Shown: positions 12,272 through 26,199, numbered from the stretch's first letter. The stretch is DNA of 64,000 bases from Raillietiella orientalis (GCA_036172245.1 JAYWIR010000012.1:930001-994000), one strand, 5' to 3'. Made by a program: numbers and translations. Notes: generated by a model from the sequence alone, not told the origin.

Positions 12272-15200
12272 ATGAGCAGTTCTCAATATGTTGAACGTAG
12301 TGGCCAGTAGTAAGTGTTAATATTCACAATGAGTGTAAGGCAAGGAAGTGTGATAGGTTTTGGAGATTTTGCTGTTGATTTTGATTATCGAATCACTAAT
12401 TATGAAGAAACAATTCGAAAACTAGATGTGTATTACGGAATTGGTAAATGATTAGTTGGTGATCGTGTGCCATGTATTTATTGTGTACTTGCAGTGAAAA
12501 GACAAATCCTGAAATATCAAAGTGTTACCCTTGGATTGTTTCCATTTTTTTCTCAAGAAGAAAAAGTAGCTGATGTTCGGAGCAGCATTTATTGTGCAGT
12601 ATGTATATGGGCTCTTTATCAAGCGTATAGGTACGTAGATATAATTTCTAATTCGGTAGGAAAGGTTGTGAGAGCATGAAAAATTAAAATGATAAATGCA
12701 TATCCAGATTACACTAGGTGTAAATAGTCTCAGATTCGAAGTCTTAATTGAGATGAATCTATCAATACAATGCAACGTTTTGCGATGAATGATTTATAAT
12801 GTGGTAATCTTTGTTGTTTGTTTCCTTCATATGAATCAGTGATTCTCAATCACATTTAAGGAAATTTCAATCTTACTATATCGATTTAAAGGGAGGCATC
12901 GTCAAGAAATCTTTTAGTTGGTAGCCATCTCAAGTTTTATTGGTCGATTACAATAAGTGGTGTTATTGGCCTGCAGTTTTCAATTTACGTTGCAGTGCGT
13001 GGAGTCATATGCTTAATTCCATGAAAGTATTTCGGGTTTTCTAGACGTATTGATGATGATCAAGGTCGATCGTATGAACTCAGTCGATCTGCAGTGAAAT
13101 GTATGAGAGGCATTTTGTGGTGTTGGATGAAACAAGCACGTAAAGTGGAAAAATTCAAACAAAAGCAAGTTAAAGAACATGCTGTTCATGTGAAATTTCA
13201 TCTCCTCACAGGTGAAGAATTGTTTAGTGAGCAGGAATACAATCATCTACAAGTATGCCAGCAGAGTATGTGAATGTGATAAAGTTTGTGGTATTTCAGT
13301 TGGATGTTGTGTCATTTTATTTGCTCACCTTAGTGCAGTTACTAGGATCTGGTCTACAAGTTATATATAGCATGGATGAAGTGAATTTTGTGCAAAATCT
13401 CGTATACTATGTAGAGCGGGCATATAGAACTCCCGATTTTGGTATGTGGGAACGTGGTACAAAATTCAACAATGGAACACCAGAGATCCATGCCAGGTAT
13501 GCTTGTTTTTGGTCTTGGAGGTCCCGAATTTTGTTTGAATTTCCAAATGTAACTTAAAGCGTTCCCAACCCTTCATTTGAAATTAGTTTTATCTTCCCAG
13601 TTCAATTGGAATGGCCAAAGCTGCATTAGAAGCAATTAATGGTTGTAATCTGTTTGGTGATAGAGGAGCTGCTTGGTCAGTTATTTATGTAGATATTGAT
13701 GCACATGATAGAAATAGAAGCATTTTTGAAACGCTTTTGCCTAGAGAATCAAGATCCAAGGTGAGGGCTACATGTAATATCTACTATGATGCAAAATTAT
13801 AAATCCAGTGCTATCTTAATATATAATTGTAATCAGCTCATAAACATTCACATGCATGCTCAAGTCTTACTGTGTGCTAGTGTACTGGACAGACTAGTGC
13901 ACTGTTGGTGAAACCAGTCTAATCCAAATGGTAAAATATTTATTTGCTAATCTAGAATTTTGTACATCTGCTTAGATCTGTTTCATAATGTTTATTCTGA
14001 TATCAAGCAATTAATTCCTAAAGTACTACTTTGCAGTATTGTATTCATACATATTGTTTTATGTCCCAACACCAGTTAAAGTGATCTCTACAAATCACAT
14101 CTTGGTAGTTTTGTTCCCAGCTTTTTTTGAATTTCTTGTATTCTTATGGAATTGCTATGACTACAACTGCATCATTTCACTCTACTTGTTTACATGATTT
14201 CCTTATTGATTTTTACAACTATTTCAGAAATTCTAGAAAACATCATACTTGGTTTATGTAAATTAGAAAATGCTAAATGCAGAAATCAATTATGATATCT
14301 TTTTTGGTCTAGAAACATTTTGTGATATAATACTTTCATTGCTCAGTTGATAGATAATGATGATGGTTGTTAAGTAATCCTGGTCAGAAAAGTAAAATGT
14401 TTTTATTTTCTTGATGTACAAAAATAATGTCTATTTTAAATGGAAACCTATAGCATAATTAGGGCATATAGATGGCAGGCTACACATGTGTTTAATCTGC
14501 CACCTATTTAGATCCTTCATAAGATTGTTAATCTTGTTTGCTAAAAACATGGTAAAAATATCTGCATATCCCTTTAAGCATATCATGCAATGTGTCCACA
14601 TTGATGCATATATAAAAATTTACTTTAGCTTCTGAAATATGTGATTCAATAATGGAGTTAAAGCATTTTCAATGTGGGGAGCATAGCATCATCCAGTTCC
14701 AAATTTTCGAGTTGCCACCTTAATGAATCCCTATGTTAGTTTTGTTATGACACCCCAAAAATAACTGTTTAAATTGGGAATTTCTGGCAATCTAGTATTT
14801 AGAGATTCACAAAAGAATTCTTCATTATAGTTCTTGATGTTTGTCGCTTTCTGTAACCATAGTTTAGTTAAAATTAGATACAGAGTTTTACAATATGTAA
14901 TCTTATTTATATTTAAAACAGTGTTTCATATTACAATACTTCTTTTTTAGAATACAGATTGCTCTTTGCTCCCCACTTTATCATTTCCAGCATTTGCTAC
15001 TCATGATGATGTCATATATAGCACAACAAAGAAGAAAATAGTGGATCAGTTGAGGGGGCAATATGGCTTTCGACGCTTTCATAGGGATGGATTTGGTCAT
15101 GTTTTGGAAGACAGACATCGGCGCTATTGTCATCCTGGAGAAATAAGGGTATTTATTATTATAAAGTAATTAGTTTTATTCTGAGAATCTCCAGAAATTT

Positions 15201-18046
15201 GAAGACACAGAATCAGAATGGCCTTTGTTTTTTGTTTACATGATTATTGATGGCATGTTCAGAGGTGACGATGTTCAAGTCCGAGATTATCAGAATAAAG
15301 TACAAAATCGGTTGGTTTATTCTAGTTTGGGAGGTAAGAAAAACACAGTTGCATTGAGGTTTCATGTTATTTCTAGATCCTATCATCCCACAGTACTACT
15401 ATTTGAGGCAAGAGTTTTTAGAATTTGAGAAATCCGAATTAGGTAGTCAACCTCGCTGTCCTTCTGATATTGGCACTGAGAACAATTTGTTTTTGTGGGG
15501 CCAGTCTCTCTATATAATTTCCCAATTACTCGTGGATCAGCTTTTGCATATTAATGAGCTGGATCCCATTCGTCGCTATCTTCCCTCGTATAATCGTCCA
15601 AGAAAATCAGGCCGTTATTCAGCTTTCCAGGTAGTTTATCCATTTATGAAAGCATTTACTGCCTTTTGACCATTTCGTACTCATGAGTCCTTTAATTATT
15701 GTATTTGGAATTTGAAAATCTTTACATATTATACATGTGTGAATGGAACAAATGTCAGTAAACACTGATTCACTTTGGAAAGTATCATCCATGTTGAATA
15801 TTTATACTGTGCTGAATGCACAGTCAATCATACGTATTTTATATTCGCATGTGCATATGTAAGATGGTGAAAGGATTCTTTGAGAGAGAATTTGTTGCTT
15901 AAGCATTGCACTGCTGATCATTTGTATGCCTTAGGGTACAGCCAGTGACCTGGTAGTGCAGGTGGTGATGATTGCTGAGTCTATGAGACTGCAGGCCATG
16001 ATGGCTACATATGGAATCCAAACTCAAACCCCCAAGGAAATCGAACCTCTTCAGATTTGGTCCCCTCATCAACTTGTCCGAGTATATGAACAGTTGGGAA
16101 TCAATAAGAAGCTAAAACTGTCTGGGCGTCCCCCCCGTCCCATTGGTGCTTTGGGTACCAGCAAATTGTACCGCATTCTAGGGCGTACTTTCATCACATA
16201 TCCTCTGATTCACGAGCTATCAGATTTTTATCTATCCTATGATATGGCGTTGCTCATTGATGATATTCGTTCCGAACTTCAATTTGTTGGTAAATTCTGG
16301 CGTTTATCAGGGCGCCCTACAGTGTGTATCCTGATACGAGAACAGCATATGAGGTATTGAAACGTGTAATGTTGAAGATGTTGTCGAGATAGATATTGTA
16401 GGGATGTTAATTTTATCAAGATGCTTGATTTGCTGGCTATGTTAAAACAAGGCCATTGTGATAGGCAAAAGATACGTGTTGGGAGATTACAAAATTTTTT
16501 GTCCTCTTCCTGCACTGGTGAAGTACTTTATTCAAACGTTCAAGTTAACTCTTGTTTGAACAGAACATCTTGATTTTTTGGATCCAGTCAGCTTGGACCT
16601 TTTGCAAGATTATTTCCAACCAGTGCAGCAGTTGATGCACTTATCTCTAGGTTATCAGAGTCTTACTGATATTCCCAAGGCAACCGAATATAGTGAGCCT
16701 GCTTTCGATATCGAGGTAGACTGATTCCCACCTTCTAGGGGTCATTTACTTAATGCAATTAGTATTCCACAGCCCTTTTTGAGGAAATCGGTACATGAAT
16801 TGGAGGACGATCTACGAAATACAAGTTCTTTAATTGGGCAAAGCCAACTGCTAGGTCTGCTTCTTCAGAGAGTTGGTAAAGATCATATAGTAGATGGTTC
16901 TTCTGTGGACAAGTGGCTAAACAGCGTCAGTAAAAATGCTGGCATGCTTCGTCAATGGAATGTTGTACGATACTGTTCTAGCCTGCTCCAGAAATTAGTA
17001 GACAGCATTTCTCCCTCCCTTTCTTCAATTCTGGTCAATGGTAAACAGGTATTGAAATCTGTAAAATGAGGTGGATTGCTAACAGTATCGAACAGGTTAC
17101 AGTTGGAATATGTTTGAAGGAAGAACGAGTTCTCGATAAACCGATGACCCCAGCTGAGATACGTGAACTGATTTATTCTGTGGTAGCTCCCTATGACAAC
17201 ATTGGAGCAGTGCTTCAACAAGAAGTGCTATTGTATGCTGGCAAACTGATTGCCACCAATCCAGAACTTTTTGGTGGATTATTGAAGTTTCGTATTGGTT
17301 GGGTGCTGCAAGCAATGCAACTGTATCTTAATTGGTTGTCAAAAGAATCTGTTCAGCAAGATCTTTCATCTTGCAGTCCTAGCAAAATCCGGAACCTGTT
17401 AGTGCAAGTGTTGACCTTTGGCATCGAGAAGAATGATTCCAGGTGAGCAAAAGATTGTCTAGATTGCTTTTACCCATATAGATAGCTTGGGGTACTACCA
17501 GCAGCGGCAGCTTGATGGCTGTCTTGGCCGGATTCCAAAAGATTTTTTCCAACGTGTATGGACTATTCTGAAAAATTCCAACAAAGGCTTATCAATAGGA
17601 TCCCATCTTCTTGCCCGACAGCCAATACTGACTGAAATGACCATGTCTGATTTCAATTTTGCTATTGAAGTAGAAGCGATGCTGAACCGTATCAACTTCC
17701 CTGAGTACCGTCAGCTGACAGTTGAGGTTAGACATTGCCTGAAAGATTAGGTCACAAACTCTACATCTGTTTCCAGATTATCATGGTAATTTCCACCATT
17801 CTATTTCGAAATCCGGAACTTCAATTTAGTGACTTGGTGGATTTGGATGCCCTTATACAAGATGCATTTGCCTTGTATCTGCGTGATAAATCATTAAAGA
17901 ATACAGCGGATATGACACCATTTTATGATTTATCATATAGTGAAGTAACTAGTTATCTAGCCAGAGCAGTGGTTAATGCAATTTTGAAAGGAGATTCAGC
18001 CTCATTCAATATGAATTCTGATAACGAAAGTTGTAAATTATCCTAG
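12272..18046 (+). CDS. PHKB: Phosphorylase b kinase regulatory subunit beta, ~16 exons
   Basis: Phase-consistent GT-AG exons: 12340-12443, 12495-12630, 13045-13252, 13300-13496, 13601-13760, 14951-15148, 15195-15333, 15377-15630, 15935-16353, 16402-16517, 16564-16715, 16773-17048, 17096-17442, 17486-17726, 17777-18046. Motifs [56 protein letters not shown]-terminal CaaX CKLS resembles the beta subunit (human CLIS). First exon and ATG 12272 tentative. Confidence 0.96.
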
Positions 18047-19499
18047 TGTAAGATTTAAGCTTAAGATTTACTCCAACTTAACATTTTAAATAAAGATGCT
18101 TTCATGTGCTAATGGGTGCTAAAATTCCGGAAGGGCTTTCTCCATCTTGTTTTGGAAAAAAAACAGTTCAGGGGAAAATAATCGGAATAATGTATGCAAA
18201 CGTGCATGTTCCTTATAACGAAGAACACAATTCACATTTTGCTTGAACTGCAAATTCGCACACTTGAAAAAAAACATCCATGCGTAAATGTGCGGCAGGC
18301 AGAGCTCATATTTGACCCTTCGATTGGTCATTAATCTCCTATGAAGCCTTCTTACGCTCGATCTTGGAGCGGTAAAGGAGTCGTATTTTTGCATTTGCCT
18401 CGGCTTTGTTATTCTGTTGTCTTTGGGAGAAGGTATGAGATGAGGTGCGGATTCTGCCTAAGCAGATGGCACGAAGACTTCATTTTTCGAGTTTCGTCTC
18501 CTGAAATGGATTTCTGGTATTCGGAAGCGCCAGAAAATTTCCCGCTAAAGCAACGTGCCGGCCAGCTCTTACAGTGTGTCCCACCGACTAGTAACAGGAG
18601 TCATAGTGTCGTTGTGGTGGTGATATGCCTGTCCTAGTCAGCTCATGAGATGTTAGGAAAACGCATGTTTGCGTTGTTTCCTAAATAAGTAAATAGATTT
18701 AGTCGGTAGCTGGATGCTGAAAGCGGAGTATATCCAATATAGTGTGCTGTCATACATGCAAGACGGTGCACGAGCGACTAGTGTGCTGAGCACACTGTTC
18801 AAGTGGGAATTAGAATGCCATCTAAGCTGAGCCAATCTACGTGGGAAAAGATGGAATTCTAGAAAGAAACGTTTGCGGATTACGAACATAAGCGTGCTGC
18901 AATCATCCGGTTGCAAGGCTGCGGCACCGTGAAGTACTGATGGTTATGGCCGCCTACCTCCAAGGGTGGATCGGGAACACAAAAAAGACAAAACGGTATT
19001 AAGGCTCCTTGTGGGTTTCTTATTTGAAGAAATGATTCTTTGTGTGTCTTTGAATACCTATATGGTCAGTTTTCCTATTGTGCAAGGTATCATTGCGTCT
19101 TTCCTGCCCAAACTAAACAAATATTCCTGATAATCGAAGATGTACGATGTAAATATCATATAGTGGATGGAAGTTGACCTTTCCTTTACCAGCATGAGCG
19201 AGTTTTTTTCTTTGAGAGCATTCTGCACGACTGACGCCTCTAGTGAGCGCCTTTCCTGTGTCAAATCGAAATGTTTGTAGGGCGCTTTATTTTCCAATTG
19301 TTTTTAGCATGACTCCTAGAATGAGTGAATAGGAGTCCTCACGTAGAAGGGAAACTTTGCATAAACTGTTGCGTGCCTTGTCGTGCTGAAGGCCTGAAGG
19401 AAATGGATACACAAGGTACTCCTTCCAAGAAATCATGGATGTTTTCCCAAGGGCATACCATTGTGCCTATCCGCTAACCGGATCGTATGTCCTTATGGC

Positions 19500-22400
19500 A
19501 GATGGAATTTTCTCTTACCGAGAAGTGCACCATGTAATAATTACTTCGTTTCTGTTTCTCGTTCTCGCCATTTCGAGAGAGCCTTTTTGATTCACTGAAT
19601 GTGGCACAGAGATCACTGCAATCCTCAAGGTGGATCCAAGCAAACAGGAAAAGTCGCTAAAGCTGTCGCCCATTGCAGTAGTTAAGAAGCTGCCACCAAT
19701 TCCATTCCCATGTGAAAGTTTGCCCTCGTAGGGGCAAAGTATCTGGGAACCCGGCAGTTGCATTTGTTGCACTTGCATTAAGAGTGATGTTCGAGCTTCG
19801 ATCGATGTCCTGTAATTTTCCTTTCGTGTTGAAGAAAACTGGACGAGGCACAGAAGAATAATATCCATCCTTGTTCAAGAAAACTGTCTCCGCCGCAGGC
19901 TCTTTTAAAAACCTGCATTCCCAGTACCCTGATGATATCCGAAATCTTCATGACGTGTGGAGTGCGACGAATCCCAAAGCCTTGCTCTCCCCATGCATTC
20001 GCCTGCTATTGGCGCAACTCCTTCCCGTCTGCATTCCTCTCAGGCGAAACCACGACAAGCAGCCACAAGCAATGACCCGTATTCTCCCGTTTGGGTACAG
20101 ACGAGGAATCAGTTCCTCGCCTGGTGCATAGAGAAGCTCATCTCTTGTAAACCTGGCTCTGGCGGAGATCACTGGAATTTTGCGCGTTGCCATCGCATGC
20201 GCTTTTGGAACACCAGCTTTGGAAACTCCGAACACGCGTGGGAGCGAACCGGAAGGCCTTCAGAGAGTTCAGCGTGCATCAGAACAGGTCCAGCCATAAA
20301 ATAAGCCTTAGATCACCGCTGATACACGGAAAACTGATCATCATCCACTGATTACCATCTCGTGTAAGGAGCATCCGAAAGATCGACGAGTGGCCGAGGA
20401 CGCGGGAACTTCCATTCGGGAGGAGCCACGAGCCGAACTTGAGCCCGGCTCTTGCGGAAACGACGGGGACCCAGGCGGACGACAAGTGCCCCTTCATCAC
20501 CGCGCACGCGCGCCGTCGGCGGGAGACCGGTGGCTCAAGCCAGCTGGCGCTTCGCTCGCTTCCCGTCCACGCGGGGACTGCGAGGGAACAGCACCCGGAA
20601 GGAAAGTTCGCTGGCATGAAGACCGACTGCCCCTCTCCCTCCACGGGAGAAGACTGAAGTAGGCCGTGGAACACGGGAGCGGGCAGCGAAGATGGGGTCC
20701 TGGTCGCCGGCAGCAGTCCGCTGCAGGGACTGCCGCTGGTGCGACGCACGCTGTACCCGGAAGATGGTTCCGGAGCCGTCCCCTCCGACTACTCGCAAGA
20801 CGAGGTCGGTGCGCGAGGGGAGAGGCTGCAAGAGCTCCGGGAAGGGTTGCCTTCTCCACAAGCAATATGCGGGTACTTCGGGGTTCCGAGGCTTATGGAA
20901 CCTGGCGAGATGCCGGTGGACCTCTCCCGGGAGCATCGCCCCTTCCCGAAGAGACTGCACTTCATTCTCACCACGCTGGTGTTTCCTTCTTTCTCCGAAG
21001 GGCACTGCGGGTGCCACGAAAAGAAGGGGCGGGGAAAGAGAGACGGAAACGGAAAATACGGCTTCCGGCGCGAGACTGCCCTGCCTCAGGGCGTGCTTCC
21101 CCGATCCTGAATTCCCCGCGCGCCGCGAGTCCGGGCGAGTCGGCCGGGCACCCCCACGCCAAAGACGCTTCACGCGTGCGGGCGTAGAGGCGGGCGTGTC
21201 GGAGCAAACGCACCCACCCATGTGTTTTCAGGGGGCGGGCATCTGCGAACCACCCGAATGGAATTCTGCCAGTCGGCATCTCGGAGGGCCCTGCGGCGGC
21301 TTCTCGCAAGAGGGACCCCTTTCACCAGCCAGGCGCCAGTTCGCCACTGGGGCACGGGCGGCGGGAGAGTCCTTCCCGGATGTTCCCGACGAAATGCTTG
21401 CCGCAGTTTGGCGCCGACGGAACCGAGCAGGAGCTGCAAAGCAACGCGTGGAAGCGGAGGATGTGTTTTCTTTGTAGCGACGTCGAGGAGAAGACGGAAG
21501 ACGTCCCGGAGGAGCCGCAGGAGCACTCCTGGCTGCTGATTGAGGGTCCCGCGTAGCGACAAAGCGCCGCCACTGTCCGCCGTCTCGCAGCCCCTTAGCG
21601 TTGATGCAGCCCAAGTGGACGCACGTACGCCTCCGCTCTCCTCCACGCCTCGGACCCTCTCGCTTTCAGCGTCCGGAGGAGGGCGCGCCCTGAGGACTGA
21701 GCTACGCCGCACGCGGTCCCCGAGAAGTGCAGCTCCCAGGAAGACGCGTGCATGAAAATACATGTCCGTGCATTCCTTCCCGTTTTCTTGTGGCACGCTG
21801 GAAATTTCGGGAGAAAAAGGGGTCTTCCGGAAGACGGGAACGCCGCCAGTGCTGATGCTGGATTGCTTCTTGCGCAGCAGGCGGGTCTGGCGAAGCTCAG
21901 GAAGCATTGGCACCGCCCTCAGGTACGAAGGCTCTCCGAGGGAAGTAGAGCTGTACTGCCAGAACCACGGCTGCTGCAGCGGCGGTCGCCGTTCACAGCC
22001 AGGTGCGGGCCTCCGTTCCGAGAGAGCGCGCCTTTCCCCGCAGGCGAGTCCTGCACGTCCCGCGGCTCGAGCCAGGCGGAGGCTGGTGTGGGCATCCGAC
22101 AGAATTCACATCCACGTAAGCGGCTGGTCCCCTCCAAGGAACGAAGCGGCATCCCACCGCGCATGGTGGCAGGAGATCGTCCAGACATTCGCCTTGGGTG
22201 AGGTCCGAATTCGTGCTGACCTCTCGACAGTGCCAAGCAGCGCTGTTGCCTTCCTGCGCTGCTAAATCCAGCGGGGTGCCAACGGACACCAGTCCTCCGG
22301 AAACGTGTCGGAGCGCCCTCATGATGCGCAAAGGAGGAACGTCCACAGTCCGTCGAGAATTTCGGAGCCGGCGACGTTAGTGGCCAGGCAGCCACAGGGC

Positions 22401-22900
22401 GGAGTAAGGAGAGTGGCTGTCTCCTGAATTGCTGCTGGTCTTATTGCACTGCCTGGCTACGGAAAACGAAGACGCCAAACGATGGGGGCATTTTTCCTGC
22501 CTTCGAGAAACGGCCGCGTCGCCCTGGACCGTGACGGTCAAGAAGAAAGACAGCGAGCGCGGAACAGGCGATGAAGAAGAGGAGAGCCGCCTGCAGTCGG
22601 GTGCGCTCCTTTCCTGAACGGCCATTCCTTCCGGCAGTATCGCCAGCGTGTGGTCTCAGCATCCCCAGAGGATGAGCGCATGGTAGCGGAAAAGGCGGTA
22701 GTGGATCCTCCGTCCGCTGCTGGTCTTGTGAAGGTGCAGGAAAAGGCGAGCAGCCCAAGCTGAGCAGACGTCTTGCGCCTGCGGAATATGACGTGCGGTT
22801 GCTGATGGCTCCAAATCACCACATTTAGGTGAGTATTTTGGTGAGGGCGGGAGGAGGAGGAAGACTGCCGCAATGGGTGTCAGTTTCCTTCACGATGAAA
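19500..22900 (-). mobile_element. Decayed L1/Tx1-like non-LTR retrotransposon (ORF1, endonuclease, downstream debris)
   Basis: Endonuclease motif I HLGCINAKGLRD at ~21620-21585, a frameshifted DV..LQETH motif at ~21485-21460, and a degenerate knuckle-like segment (PMLPELRQTRLLRKKQ) at ~21860-21915 upstream. Boundaries uncertain. Confidence 0.65.
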
Positions 22901-25900
22901 TTTTCCCAGTCAGCCTGACGCAACCTTCATGGCCGCACGGTCGACCGGTGTCGGTATCGCCTGCAGAGTTGAATCGCGGCAGCTGCGAATTTTTTGCCAG
23001 TCGACGGGTGCCACCCGGCAGAAGCGAAAGGAGAGAGAGCAAAGGGGTGAGCGACTGGGAACCGAGGAGTTGCCCCAGATAGGTGATAGCTCCGGGATTC
23101 ACGTGAGCGGGGAACGCATGGCGCCGCATGTGCTCATTGAGGAAGCTCCGCTGTACCCCAGGAAGCCCCACGGAGATGCACCGACGATTCAGCGGACGCA
23201 ACATGCGCGGACCAACTCTACGAAACAGCCCGCTTGGGTGTCAGTGCGTTTCTTGCAGGCTTTCCCGCACAAAGGTCCTTCGTTCATCGATGCTAACAGT
23301 CGATTCCCTCCTCGAACTCAAGGCCACAGGACCATGGGGGCCGCTGCGAGACCAGAAGCCAATGCACGAGCATCTACTTCTGGTCCACCTGAACGGGTTG
23401 TGCATGCACGCGCGAGGACCGCGTTCGCGGAAGTCGAAGAGCGCTTTCGACACTCCGTTGAGAAAGCGTCATCGATTAGCGGTTTCCTGCAGCCTCCCAG
23501 TGGTTGTCAGGAGCCCAGCATCCCTCTTCTTCAGGAACGGATGAAGCGCACTAAGGAAACAGCTGGACGGGAAGAAATCTGTTCGGACACGTCGCAGCGT
23601 GTCGCGCCGCGGAAGCGTTCGGGACCTCCGTCAACTCGCTTGCCACGAAGAGTGTCATGTGCAGAGGGCGGAAGCTGACTCGCGTGCGGATCCATGGAAG
23701 ACTTGGAAAGTTGAACTCGTGGTGAAAATGATGTCTTGAATGTACTGGAGGTAATCGTGCGCTGGGCTACCCTAGGGCATCCTGCCCACTGCAACATTCA
23801 CAACGCTGGTATCGTCCGGAAAACAAGCCGTGGGACTCCTTTTGGTCGCCTGCATTCTGAAGGACCAAGGCCGACGCACGTGTCGATGGGGTACGTCCCG
23901 GCATACGATCGGATAGCTCACAAATGATTGAGCCTGGTCTGGTAACGATGTTTATCTTGCAAGCAGATGGGAAACAGGAGTCTGCAGAACATCGGAGGGT
24001 AACTCTTGCCTGAGAGCTTGGAAAGGAGGCGAACACTCTCGAAAACGAGTTCCTGCATCGCAGTGTTCGTGCTCACATGATGAAGAGAGGGTGTTTGTTC
24101 CATCGGCAAGGTGGATTTTCAACCCTGGTCACTGACGGTGCGTCCGCACATCCGAAAGACGCTGTGGTTTCTCGTTGCGAGTGTTGCACGTCGGGGCGTT
24201 TCTGGGGGACAGTGGCGAACTTACCTGCCTGCGCGCCTTGGGCACTCCGCTGGAGAAATCGCAGAAGTGGGTGAAAGTGCGCCCACTTTCGAAGGAGCGG
24301 CTGCCCGGCAGGCGCGCTGAGCTTCCAGAGTGTCCGCTGGAAGGCTCTGTTCTTCTGCTTGTCGTGGTCCGTGGAAGTGCAGTTGGGTTTGCGCTGCCGA
24401 GTGCGGGCTCGTGACAGGTCAGCGATGCCCGGTTTCCGGAAGCGTTCAGAGGCCGAGCATTTTCGCTTTGGATGCAGGGGAGGAACCGCATCTTGTGAAA
24501 GGGAGGGATGGCTTGGGGAGACCTAAGGAGGGTACCGGTACGCTTGCAGGCGGGCGCGCGAGGCCACGTCGCGGTTCGCAAGTGGACGTATTCTGTACGA
24601 CGACAGTGCTTTGGTAGTCGTAAATCCGAAGCTCGTTCTCTTCGCCGCGAGAGCCGTTCGCGCCTTCCTCGCCGGTGTCCCAGTTCCTGGTGAAGAGCAG
24701 GAGGCTGGATTTCTGCTGGACCCACCGAGGCTGGGTTGATCGCGAAAACCCTCAGCGCGGGTTACTCGGGGAAGCCTAGTTCTCAGGATGGGATGCTGCG
24801 CTACTGGATCAAGTGCCAGTGCATATTTGGTGGAAAGCAGTGTAGAGACGTGCCTGCAGGCGATGACGTTCGAGCGCGTTCCTGAAGAAAAGGGAAAGCG
24901 GAAGACTAACGTTCGTTCGGATTCCAGCGACGGTGATTCGTCCAACTGTCTTTCCTTTGCAGCGATCTGGAGAGGTCACTACGACGATAGACCATCACGA
25001 GAGAGTGTGTCCGTGGAGCTGTCTCTGGCGTGGATGTGCACGTTGGTGACTCCCTCCTTGGCAACTGGAAACGCGCATCGAGGTGGCTTCTAAGGAGGCT
25101 GCTTTTATCCGCGCCAAGTGCAACGCGCTGGGGTTGCCAGCTTCCTGTGCTGCGCCGATTCTGGCGTGGACATAGGCGTAGCGGGTTCTCAGCGGGTAGT
25201 GCTTCGGGCGCAGGCGCCATCCACATTGATGGAACCGTTCTTCTTGCTCCAGCTTCCTGCTCTGGTTCTAGCAGAGTCCGCAGGGTTTGTCGACCGCAGC
25301 TGTCGGTGAAGGAAGCGCATGCGAGAAAATGCAAGATGGCAGACCGGGAAGCGTCTTCTCAAAGAACTGCCGCTCTTTGCACAGAAGAGGTATTCGCTCA
25401 AGCGGCAATCGGTCAGGTCACCATTTGTGACCTGCGTGGATGAGATACAGTCGATCCACGCAGGTCACAAGTGGTGACGTGATCGAGATAAGGTCGATTG
25501 GAGGTCGGGCTCTCCTGTTACGATTGAAGGTGATGGAACGTTTCCGCTAGAGGTCGGTCGGTGTTGGTCCGTCGGTGAAGACACGACAGAAATGATGCGG
25601 TTATGAGAGGCTGATGATTGGGAACTGCACCCGTGCCCAGAATGAAATTGCTTCCCGTAGAATGACGTAGGAGAGCGCGCGAAAGGATTTACGCCCGCTC
25701 GGGTCGGATTGGCGCTGATCTCGGTAAGAGGAGGGAGGAAGGTTCTTCTAGTCCCGCTGTCATCTATTCGGCCCACTGGCTCGTTCCCCTCGGGACTCTG
25801 ACGGTGCTTCCCTAGGAGGTCGATGGGTTCCCAAGCCGTCTCCGGTTCCTCCCTGCTGTTTTGCATGTCTCCGATTTCGGGAGATCCTGTTTTCCTCCCA

Positions 25901-26050
25901 CCTGCTCCTCTGGGAGACGGAATTTCGTCCGTCGTTCTCGCAGTGTAAAGATGTTGAGCGCGCACCGCTCGCGGTCGTAGAAATCCACAGCGCATTTGAA
26001 GAGCGTGGGTGTTCGGAAAGAACTGCCTACGCTTGTGAGCCGCAAGGAAA
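22900..26050 (-). mobile_element. Decayed L1/Tx1-like element with ORF1, endonuclease and reverse transcriptase remnants in correct order
   Basis: ORF1 segment homologous to 1410-1680; endonuclease C-terminal region (LDPVAQHPILRTRL, ~24760-24815); RT remnants PKGVPRLVFRTIPAL (~23800-23845), FLNGVSKALFDFRERGPRACMHNPF (~23390-23465, cf. INGxxSxxF..RGVRQGCPLSP) and ITYLG (~23075-23090). Confidence 0.7.
25417..25478. repeat. Inverted repeat, 25-bp stem (one T.G pair), 12-nt loop
   Basis: GTCACCATTTGTGACCTGCGTGGAT (25417-25441) vs ATCCACGCAGGTCACAAGTGGTGAC (25454-25478). Confidence 0.95.
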
Positions 26051-26199
26051 AAATAAATCGAAATGAAAAATGGGCTTCGATGTTTGTTTTTAACAAAAAA
26101 GAAGAGGATTTTTTTCGTTTTTTAGCTTGGGATTGTTTTTGACGATTTGTTAAGGGGGCAGTCATCCTATTCGGGAAAAATCATCGGGAGTGGATGATC

